DNA of 64,000 nucleotides from Candidatus Pyrohabitans jungbluthii (GTDB lineage Archaea > Hydrothermarchaeota > Hydrothermarchaeia > Hydrothermarchaeales > BMS3B). The position numbers were made by a program, and so were the translations under genes. The stretch spans positions 1 to 64,000 of the forward strand of contig MTMD02000014.1 of NCBI GenBank assembly GCA_002010065.2, read 5' to 3'. Each line of letters opens with the position of its first letter. Within the stretch, counting starts at the first letter, position 1. Shown here piece after piece: positions 40,389 through 48,275 of this stretch. The notes beneath the pieces were generated by a model, which saw only the letters and a list, made by a program, of their open reading frames with translations, was not told where the DNA came from and did not search any database.

Positions 40389-42392
40389 ATGATGCGGGGA
40401 ATTTTCCTGTGCACCTGCGGGAGGCAGAACAAATTAAATTTTAAAAAACTTAAGAATAGGCTTTCAAACCAGGGAAAAACCGAGATTTACGACTATTTTT
40501 GCTCGCCGAAGGGCATGGAGTACATCGCCCACCTTGCTGAGCGCTGGGGATTGAGCAGTATATACATGGCTGCGTGCAGCGATAAAGCAGAGAGCTTCGA
40601 AAAGCTGGGCGAGGAAATAGATGTGCCCATATATACCATAAATATCCGCGAAACCTGTGGGTGGGTTCATGACAGAGAGGAGGCCACAGAAAAAGCGGCG
40701 CTTCTTGTTAAAAGCGCGATCGCGAGCGTTGAAGTCCAGCACGACGCCGCCCCTGTGGTGGTTGGTGGTAGAGAAGATGTGATTCTTGCCGGTGACTTTG
40801 AGAAGGCAAGAGAATTCGCCAACCTTCTTCCTGAGGATGTTAAGGTAAGAATGATTGCGAGAAGTGCTTCTCCGGAAGGGGTAGTGCAAGAGTTTCTTGC
40901 CGGTGAGATAAAGAGCATTTCTGGCGAATTTGGTGATTTTAAGGTAGGCTACGAGGTAGCGCCTATAGATTCGCGCACTTGCATAGGGTGCGGTAAATGC
41001 GAAGCTTCCTGCCCTGAGGGTGCAATCTCCCTGCTCACCTACTCCATCTCAGACTCCTGTACCCGCTGCGGCAAGTGCATTAAAGTGTGCCCGGTTGGTG
41101 CAATAAGCTTCGAGAACAGGGAGGCAATCGCAGAGGCGGGGCAGGTGGTAATCTTTGGCAACTGGATGGGCCCAAACAGGCATGGAATATTTCAGGTGAA
41201 GGGCGAGGGAGATTATGCGGAGGTGCTCTCCAAGCTCATCCCCGGGTTTTACAAGAGGGCTAAACCAAGGTACATCGAGGCGCGCCTTGAGCACTGCGCC
41301 AGTGGAAAGAGCACAATAGTGGGCTGTCAGTTTTGTGAAGCTTCCTGCCCGGAGGGTGCGGTGATAAGAGAGGGGGAGAGAATAAGATTTTCTGAAGTCT
41401 CGTGCGTCGGCTGCGGCGCCTGTGTAGCTGCATGTCCCCTCTCTGTGCCCGAGCTGGTAACTCTCCCACAGGCAGCCATCGATTCCCAGCTAACCCAGCT
41501 TCTCAGCAGCGATAAGATGAGAAAGAAGGTCATAGCCTTCACTTGCGAAAACCAGTGGGAGAAGCTGCTCGCTATGGGGAAGAAAGGGTTAAGCTACCCT
41601 CCTGTGCTTCCGCTACTCGTGCCGTGCATCGGCGCTTTGTCTATACCCAACCTGCTCTTACCCTTCGCAATGGGCGCTGACGGGGTTATTCTTCTGGGCT
41701 GCGGGGAGTGTCGCCACTCTTCCAGCACTCCCGCCGTGGGGTTCGTAACCAAGCTGCTTGAAGGTTACGGGATGCAAAACGCCCTGCTTGAGATCAGAGG
41801 CAGAACCCCTGAGGAAACAGCAGAAGCTATAAAGAGCTTTTATGGCAACCTCTCACCCTCGCCATTCGCTTCTGCCGGGAAAATTGACGGCAATCAGGTG
41901 CAGCGTGTGCTAAAAATACTCAAAGCTTTTTCCTCCTTTGATTTGCCAGAAATAAGAATACTCGACGAAAGGCTGCCCTTCGGCTATGCTGAAATTGCCC
42001 GAGAGAAATGCACCTTCTGCAACGCCTGCATCTCCATGTGTCCTACTTCTGCTCTTACTAAAGCAGACTCCAAGCTCGAGTTTTCCCATTCGAAGTGCAT
42101 AAACTGCAGGCTTTGTGAAAGGGCATGTCCTGAAGGTGCGATAAGGGTGGAGAGTGTATTTGACCTGAGGGAATACGTGGGTGGGGAGAAGAAGATGCTT
42201 GTGGAGGAGGAGATGCTCCCCTGCGAGGGCTGCGGCAGACGCGTAATTCCCAGAGGCATGCTTAGGAAGTCTGCTGAAAAGCTGGTTGATGCCGGCATAC
42301 CTGGGGATTCTCTTCAGATAAGGCTTCTTGAGTACTGCGAGCGCTGCCGGGGGAAGAAGGTGTTAGAGCTTTTGATGGAGGGTAGAATTTGA
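40389..42392 (+). CDS. Polyferredoxin with an HdrA-like N-terminus and an MvhD-like domain
   Basis: GIFLCTCG, AACS and NIRETCGWVH; six 4Fe-4S motifs; AFTC...VPC-x-G...GADGV-x-x-x-GC. Confidence 0.8.
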   Translation: MMRGIFLCTCGRQNKLNFKKLKNRLSNQGKTEIYDYFCSPKGMEYIAHLAERWGLSSIYMAACSDKAESFEKLGEEIDVPIYTINIRETCGWVHDREEATEKAALLVKSAIASVEVQHDAAPVVVGGREDVILAGDFEKAREFANLLPEDVKVRMIARSASPEGVVQEFLAGEIKSISGEFGDFKVGYEVAPIDSRTCIGCGKCEASCPEGAISLLTYSISDSCTRCGKCIKVCPVGAISFENREAIAEAGQVVIFGNWMGPNRHGIFQVKGEGDYAEVLSKLIPGFYKRAKPRYIEARLEHCASGKSTIVGCQFCEASCPEGAVIREGERIRFSEVSCVGCGACVAACPLSVPELVTLPQAAIDSQLTQLLSSDKMRKKVIAFTCENQWEKLLAMGKKGLSYPPVLPLLVPCIGALSIPNLLLPFAMGADGVILLGCGECRHSSSTPAVGFVTKLLEGYGMQNALLEIRGRTPEETAEAIKSFYGNLSPSPFASAGKIDGNQVQRVLKILKAFSSFDLPEIRILDERLPFGYAEIAREKCTFCNACISMCPTSALTKADSKLEFSHSKCINCRLCERACPEGAIRVESVFDLREYVGGEKKMLVEEEMLPCEGCGRRVIPRGMLRKSAEKLVDAGIPGDSLQIRLLEYCERCRGKKVLELLMEGRI

Positions 42393-43030
42393 GAGAAATC
42401 ATGGAGTCGAGAAGGGACTTTTACTACTTTCTTTCGTGGCTATACCTGGAAGGACCTCCTCAGGAGCTTGTGGAAGACCTGATTAATGGAAAGTTTCAGC
42501 TTGAGCACAGAAACAAGGATATGCAGGAGGGGATTAGGATTTTAGAGGAATGGGCCACGAGCGTGGAGGATGTAAGGGAGGGCTATCTTAACGCTCAAGA
42601 CGAGTTTGCAAGGCTCTTTATTGGACCAGGGAAGCCGCTGGTATCGCCGTATCAGTCGGTTTACGAGGAGGGCGCACCCTACGGCAAAGCCACGCTGAGG
42701 ATGAAGGAGATATACGAAGAAGCTGAGGTGAGCAAGGGTACTGGGGTAAAAGAGCCTGAGGACCACGTGGGCATGGAGCTGGCGTTTATGGGCCTCCTCT
42801 GCAATAGAATTTCCTCGCTTGTGGATAGAAGCGAGATTCTGAGGAATTTGCACACTCAAAAGCAGTTCCTCAATGAGCAACTGCTTAGATGGGTGCCGAA
42901 GTTCTGTGAAGACCTCCTCAAGAGCGAGAGGGCCTTCTTCTATCGCGGTGTGGCGATGCTCACCCTTGGCTTCCTCGAAGAGGAGAAGCGCAACATAGAA
43001 CAACTAATCGCGAGCTATGAGCTTGAGTAG
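42389..43030 (+). CDS. TorD/DmsD family molybdoenzyme chaperone
   Basis: ARLFIG, PYQSVY and EPEDHVGMEL motifs. Confidence 0.92.
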   Translation: MREIMESRRDFYYFLSWLYLEGPPQELVEDLINGKFQLEHRNKDMQEGIRILEEWATSVEDVREGYLNAQDEFARLFIGPGKPLVSPYQSVYEEGAPYGKATLRMKEIYEEAEVSKGTGVKEPEDHVGMELAFMGLLCNRISSLVDRSEILRNLHTQKQFLNEQLLRWVPKFCEDLLKSERAFFYRGVAMLTLGFLEEEKRNIEQLIASYELE

Positions 43031-43031
43031 G

Positions 43032-43445
43032 CTATTCCACAAGCTTCCTATCGGTGCGGTAAACCAGCGCACTGCAGCTCGCCACAAGCCTAGCGTCCTG
43101 GTTTCTCACCTTTATCTCGTAGAGCCCTGTTTTGCGCGTGGTGTTTATCTCCCTCGCCTCGGCGCGCAACACATCCCCCTGCTTGGCTGGCGAGGTGTAG
43201 GTTACATTCATGCTCAGCGCCACGCTTACTATGCCCCGAGAGTTGCTCGCCAGCTCGAAGGCGGCGTCGATGAGGGCGAAGATGGCGCCGCCATGAGCGT
43301 AGCCGAAGATGTTCTCGTGCTCCTCACTCACCTTCATCTCCACCAGAGCGTAGCCCTCTTTCAGCTCCAGCAACCTTATTCCCAGCTTCTTTGCAAAGGG
43401 CTCCGCCTCGAACCTCTCCTTAAGAATCTCAATGACGTTGCTCAA
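43032..43445 (-). CDS. PaaI family hotdog thioesterase
   Basis: NIFGYAHGGAIFALID motif. Confidence 0.9.
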   Translation of the reverse strand: MSNVIEILKERFEAEPFAKKLGIRLLELKEGYALVEMKVSEEHENIFGYAHGGAIFALIDAAFELASNSRGIVSVALSMNVTYTSPAKQGDVLRAEAREINTTRKTGLYEIKVRNQDARLVASCSALVYRTDRKLVE

Positions 43446-43697
43446 GGCTGAACACCTCTTATAAGACTATACCCTCTCTATTTTTATGTTTAAGCCAGAA
43501 AAATCCGAATCTTCTCCTGAGAGTAGAGTTGCATCCATGCTTCTCCCACATCCTCTCTTAGCAGGGTAACCTGTACCTTACCGGTAATGCTGACAACTGT
43601 TCAAAGAATTAAAGAAGTAATAAATATTATCAAAAGAACTTAAAATTTATTAAGGGATTGCTGACTACTGATGCCCAATATTTGGAGAAGTGGAAAA

Positions 43698-44033
43698 ATG
43701 GCGGACAGACTAAAAGCCTACAGACAGAAAGAGGGGCACGAAAAAATAAGAGAAATTGGACATATCGACCTCTCCGATGCGGTATTAGCCGTAAGACAGT
43801 TGAAAATCTCCCCGGCAAATGTGGAAATTCCAGAGATGGTGGGAGTCCAGAGGGATAGAAGCTTTATTGAGTTCACAAAACTTGCGGATGGTGAGTATCA
43901 GGTAAGATACGAAAACCCCGGTGAAAAAGTATACCTGATAGGCAGTTTGCCGGAGCAAAAAGCCATTGATTGCCTCACAGATTTCTTCAAAGGCGAGCGG
44001 CCAAGGTGGTGTGATGAGCTCGAGGAATATTAA
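43698..44033 (+). CDS. Hypothetical protein, similar to the internal domain of 47180-48265
   Basis: ORF with an upstream TATA-like TTTATAA; visual alignment (see findings). Confidence 0.65.
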   Translation: MADRLKAYRQKEGHEKIREIGHIDLSDAVLAVRQLKISPANVEIPEMVGVQRDRSFIEFTKLADGEYQVRYENPGEKVYLIGSLPEQKAIDCLTDFFKGERPRWCDELEEY

Positions 44034-44571
44034 AATAGTGCTGCTTCTCCTGATTTTACTTTCGGTGATTTCAGGCACGCTGCTTTATATTAAGTTTCAG
44101 AACCGGAAGTCTGATGCTTTGCTGCCAGAGAATGCGACAGTCTCCAATGGCCCATCCTATTTTCCCGAGCTGTACCTTAAGCCGGAACAGGTTAAAATTG
44201 AGCCAAATGAGACAGCGGTTGTCAATGTGGTTCTCGTAAATGGCTCAGCCGTAGCGGCTCTTGATATTGGTATTGAATACGACGGAAATGTGATCGAGGT
44301 GCTAAACGTCACCTCAAACTACAGCATTAATTATTCCACCGGCTATATACTCGACCACTTTCTTAAGAATGTCCTGGAGCTGGAAATATATCCTGAGAGA
44401 CCCATCGAAAATGGCAGCATAGTGGCAAGCATCGCCATACGAGGGGTGCGTGAGGGTAAGAGCGTTCTGAGCTTCTCTATCTTTTCCGAGCTGTACGATG
44501 AAAAAGGAAAGCCGATAAACAGGGGGCTTTTCGACATCGCGGAGGTTGTGGTGGGAAATGAGCAACTATGA
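44014..44571 (+). CDS. Membrane-anchored cohesin-like beta-sandwich protein
   Basis: N-terminal TM; LYLKP...V-x-V...IEYD-x-x-VIEV...G-x-S-x-LSF...LYD-x-x-G pattern; several N-x-S/T sequons. Confidence 0.65.
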   Translation: MSSRNIKIVLLLLILLSVISGTLLYIKFQNRKSDALLPENATVSNGPSYFPELYLKPEQVKIEPNETAVVNVVLVNGSAVAALDIGIEYDGNVIEVLNVTSNYSINYSTGYILDHFLKNVLELEIYPERPIENGSIVASIAIRGVREGKSVLSFSIFSELYDEKGKPINRGLFDIAEVVVGNEQL

Positions 44572-44589
44572 AGCCTCATCCAGTAACTC

Positions 44590-46263
44590 TTAGAGATAAT
44601 GCCCCTGGACAGTTGACTCGGCGCAAACATATCTTTCCATCTCCCTCACCTCCCCATTTTTAAGCACCATGTACTTCGCGTATATTAGCCTGTCCTTCCC
44701 CAGGCTCTTTCTGTAGAGCCTTTCAACGATGAAGCCTCCGGCTTCTTCTCTCGCAACGGTGTGGGATATCGGCGGCTCCCTCAGGATTTTGAGCTCTCCT
44801 CCCATCTTCTGAGCCTCTTCCCTCATATCCTGCAGGACCTTCTGAAGCTCTCCCTCATTTACCTCCCGGTGCTCCCTTCCGTACCAGGAATTTGAAGTTT
44901 CATGAACCACAAAGCGCACATAGTCTGCCGCCTCTTCCGGTGTATCTATGGGCGCAAACAGGAAGGATGCCTGCTCCCAGCCTTCCACGGCGAAGCCCAC
45001 GTTGTTGTATTCGGCGATGAGATAGCTGAGCTCATCCGCTCCGATGCGCTGGTAGATGGGTCTGATAAGCCTGAAGCCCTCTCTGAGCTTTAGGCTGGGG
45101 TAGCGCCTTTTAACACCCTCTTCCGTTGAAATTACCCCGAGACCCTCGGATATTTCAAACTCCTCGTCGAGGATTGGAACCTCCTCGCCGTTGATGATGA
45201 GGCGCTCCCTGAGACCGTCGTAGGTGACGTTGTGGGGTGGGAAGAACGCAGGAGCCCTCGCGTAGAAGCGGGACCAGACCTCAATGTTCACCAGATAGTT
45301 GCCCCTGACCTGCACAATGTCAAGAAGCGCCTCGCACCTGCTTTTAATCAGAGGCTCCAACCCTCTGCTCACTCTGAACAGGTCCTCAAAGGTGTAGAAG
45401 TTGCAGTGGTCTAAGGAATTATACGACTTGAAGTAGTATGCATTTGCCCCCCGGAGGGACATGCTACCCCTGTCCATCCACTCAAGCTCATAGAGGAGGC
45501 TGAACAGGGTAGAGGAGTATTTCTTCGGCAGGTATCCCTTCGCCAGCCTATTCCCATCTTCACCCGGCCTGAGCTTTCTGATGTAGACCCTCACCGCCTC
45601 TGCGACCTCTCCGTCCTCCTCACGCCAGTAGGTCACAAACCTCTCCCCTCTCTTGCCGCCGAAAAAGCTCTCCAACCCCTCTGTTGAATTTGGCGGCGCC
45701 TCAACGACGCCCTCTTCACCCTTTATCCAGCCTTCCGGCAAGTAAGAGAAGCGTATATCCCCGCCTTCAATGGTCACCCCTCTGGCTACCTCCATAGCCT
45801 CGGTTTCCAGTATGTCACCCTTTTTATCCTGAGAAATGTAGGGATCGAGGTTTACGGTGAGATTCCCGAACACTCCTTTATCTATGGCGATAAAAGGCGG
45901 TGAATAGATTATGAGCAGATTCTCCGGATATGTGAGCGAAATAACCCTTCTGTCACCCTCCTTCATGGGCATGATGTACTCACCTTCATCTTTTTGATTC
46001 ATAAGAATGAGACTGCGATAGCCGGTATCTGCCACAAAATCGCCCCAGTATATGTTCCTAAGCTTTGGTTCTATTTTCTCAACCTCAATTACCACGTCGT
46101 AGTATCCTGTGGCAGGGTTCTCCCGCACCTCAACAAGTTTGAATGTCACCTCGACAGGAGAGGGCGGCACCGGCGGGGATAAAACAATATACAAGAGCAG
46201 GGCAGAAATGACGACCACGAATACGCCAGCTACGCCAAGAACTATTTTTAGAGACTTTCTCAT
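44590..46263 (-). CDS. Hypothetical N-terminally anchored surface protein, 557 aa
   Basis: Single N-terminal TM followed by a Pro-rich linker; no recognised domain. Confidence 0.75.
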   Translation of the reverse strand: MRKSLKIVLGVAGVFVVVISALLLYIVLSPPVPPSPVEVTFKLVEVRENPATGYYDVVIEVEKIEPKLRNIYWGDFVADTGYRSLILMNQKDEGEYIMPMKEGDRRVISLTYPENLLIIYSPPFIAIDKGVFGNLTVNLDPYISQDKKGDILETEAMEVARGVTIEGGDIRFSYLPEGWIKGEEGVVEAPPNSTEGLESFFGGKRGERFVTYWREEDGEVAEAVRVYIRKLRPGEDGNRLAKGYLPKKYSSTLFSLLYELEWMDRGSMSLRGANAYYFKSYNSLDHCNFYTFEDLFRVSRGLEPLIKSRCEALLDIVQVRGNYLVNIEVWSRFYARAPAFFPPHNVTYDGLRERLIINGEEVPILDEEFEISEGLGVISTEEGVKRRYPSLKLREGFRLIRPIYQRIGADELSYLIAEYNNVGFAVEGWEQASFLFAPIDTPEEAADYVRFVVHETSNSWYGREHREVNEGELQKVLQDMREEAQKMGGELKILREPPISHTVAREEAGGFIVERLYRKSLGKDRLIYAKYMVLKNGEVREMERYVCAESTVQGHYL

Positions 46264-46316
46264 TATCTTATTCTCTCCTTCGGTTACAGCCTAAAGGAAG
46301 CGTAGAATTGGGCAAA

Positions 46317-46352
46317 CTACCATCCTCCGTCATCGCCGCCATCGCCCCAGTC
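46317..46352 (-). repeat. 36-bp perfect inverted repeat, left copy
   Basis: Reverse complement is GACTGGGGCGATGGCGGCGATGACGGAGGATGGTAG, identical to 48230-48265. Confidence 0.92.
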
Positions 46353-46985
46353 ACCATCATCGCCATCATCAGAGCCGCCGTAGCCGAAGGAGTCATCAAA
46401 GGCGGCGTCATCCGAATTTACATCCTCAAGTATTGAGCTGTAGTCCTCCTCCGGAATTGCGACAACCTCTGCAACCTCCGATTGAGAAACACCCTGCGGA
46501 AGGTCGTTGAGGTAGGACATAACAAATATTGGTGCTGCATACCGCATTGCATCGTCCTCATCTTCCCTGATGATTCTCCCTATTTTCTTCCTGTCCTCCT
46601 CAACAATTTTTTCTGCTTTGGGTGTCAGCTCATAGTACTTTTTCTTTCTAAAAAATCCCTTCTTCTTAACCCTGAGCAGGTCTCTTTTTATCAGCTTGTC
46701 GACAGTATTCCTGATGTAGGAGTGGGACTTTCGGACCATCTTTGCGATTATTTCCGTGTTGCTAATCCCGTGCTTCACCGCCATTAATACAGAAAGCTGT
46801 ACCGGGGGAAGCGAGCATTTGATTTTCTTTTTCTTCGTCTTCTTTGTAGATTTTTTAGATTTTGCCTTGACTTTCCTGTTAGCCTTGCTTAAAATTGATT
46901 GTCTGTACTTCCTTAAATCTTTGCCACAGTTAGAACAGAAATTGTGCTTCTCACCCACCTCTGCCCCGCATTCAGGGCAAAACAT
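46317..46985 (-). CDS. Zn-ribbon / Lys-rich / winged-helix protein with a Gly-Asp tail (paralog A)
   Basis: MFCPECG...FCSNCG; KKGFFRKKKYYELTPKA; ends GDWGDGGDDGGW. Confidence 0.8.
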   Translation of the reverse strand: MFCPECGAEVGEKHNFCSNCGKDLRKYRQSILSKANRKVKAKSKKSTKKTKKKKIKCSLPPVQLSVLMAVKHGISNTEIIAKMVRKSHSYIRNTVDKLIKRDLLRVKKKGFFRKKKYYELTPKAEKIVEEDRKKIGRIIREDEDDAMRYAAPIFVMSYLNDLPQGVSQSEVAEVVAIPEEDYSSILEDVNSDDAAFDDSFGYGGSDDGDDGDWGDGGDDGGW

Positions 46986-47179
46986 ATTATCCCCTCTGGT
47001 TATGTTGGTATTTATATTTTTCGCAAACTGTGGCGGCTGAGGGCGAATCGCATAAATTTGCGGCAAAAATCGAAGATATTGTGATTTTGCTGTAAAACTG
47101 CGCCAGTTGGATATTATTACTTGCACACATAAACCACAAACTATTTATATGACTAAAATTTTATAAGGATAAATTGAAC

Positions 47180-48265
47180 ATGTTCTGCTCTAATTGCGGA
47201 GTAGAAGTGGAGGAAACTGACAAATTTTGTTATAATTGCGGGCATAAACTAAAGGTTAGAGGCAGGGTTTCTAAGAGTGCTGGCGGGGAGGTGGAGAAGC
47301 AGGTCAGCAAGGCTAAATCTGCTAAATCTCCAGCTAGGGGTAAAGCTAAAAGTAAAATAAAGCTGAAGTGCTCAATTCAGGGGATGAACAAAAAATTCAA
47401 ACCCAACGGCTCCTACAGGCTTTACAGTCTCGGGAGGGTTTCCCTCGAGGAGGCTCTGGAGTATCTGAGAATGATGCCTGAAAAGGAGGACTTTCCGCCA
47501 AAACTTCTGAAGAGAATTAAGAATATGGAAGACGTGTGTGTGCCCCACTTAATCTTCTCAAACACCTACACCCTCACCTTTTTCACCTCAGACGGAGAGT
47601 CAATAGAGGTGATAACAGAAGACTTCACCGAACTTGCAGGATTTAAATTTAAAAGTAGCTCTGCCGAGCTAATAGCGGTTGACGTCAGCAGAGAGGAGGC
47701 AGAGGAGATATTGAAGGATTTCTTCTGGAGAGTTGAGAGGATAAAGGAACTGAAGCTGAGGCTCTCCCCGCTTCAGCTGTCGATAATGACAGCCATAGAC
47801 AATGGTGTAAGCAACTCGCACGCCATGGCTGCGGTTACTGGTGTGGGGCAGAGTGAGGTGAAGGATGAGATTAAGGAGCTGCTGGATAAGGATTACATTA
47901 AGCTCAGGAAGAAGGGCTTTATAAGGAAGAAGTACTGGTATGAGCTTACTCCGAAGGGTGAGAGCATACTTGCGAGGGACAGGAGGAAGGTTGAGAAGGC
48001 GGTGGCAGATGATGACAAGATGCTGAATAATTTTGCTGCCCTCTTCTGGATGATGTATGCCCTGCATGTCGTTCCTGATACCATCACCGGAGACCAGATC
48101 GTAGATGTCATAGGCGAACCCCCCGGAGAGGTGGAGGAAGTGGTCGCCGTGCCGGAGGACATGGCATACGACATCGACGTAGATGCAGGTGGAGATGGCG
48201 ACGATGGAGGCGATTATGGAGACGACGGAGACTGGGGCGATGGCGGCGATGACGGAGGATGGTAG
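47180..48265 (+). CDS. Zn-ribbon / inserted domain / winged-helix protein with a Gly-Asp tail (paralog B)
   Basis: MFCSNCG...FCYNCG; KKGFIRKKYWYELTPKG; ends GDWGDGGDDGGW. Confidence 0.8.
   Translation: MFCSNCGVEVEETDKFCYNCGHKLKVRGRVSKSAGGEVEKQVSKAKSAKSPARGKAKSKIKLKCSIQGMNKKFKPNGSYRLYSLGRVSLEEALEYLRMMPEKEDFPPKLLKRIKNMEDVCVPHLIFSNTYTLTFFTSDGESIEVITEDFTELAGFKFKSSSAELIAVDVSREEAEEILKDFFWRVERIKELKLRLSPLQLSIMTAIDNGVSNSHAMAAVTGVGQSEVKDEIKELLDKDYIKLRKKGFIRKKYWYELTPKGESILARDRRKVEKAVADDDKMLNNFAALFWMMYALHVVPDTITGDQIVDVIGEPPGEVEEVVAVPEDMAYDIDVDAGGDGDDGGDYGDDGDWGDGGDDGGW
48230..48265 (+). repeat. 36-bp perfect inverted repeat, right copy
   Basis: GACTGGGGCGATGGCGGCGATGACGGAGGATGGTAG. Confidence 0.92.
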
Positions 48266-48275
48266 AGAAGCAGGG

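Noticed and set aside
48183-48275. Extended N-termini given by the ORF track (also for the ORFs starting at 6139, 13225, 19577, 23138, 32445, 47126, 56455 and 59958)
   Set aside because: They overlap neighbours or promoters. Downstream starts fit the RBS, signal peptide or family N-terminus better.
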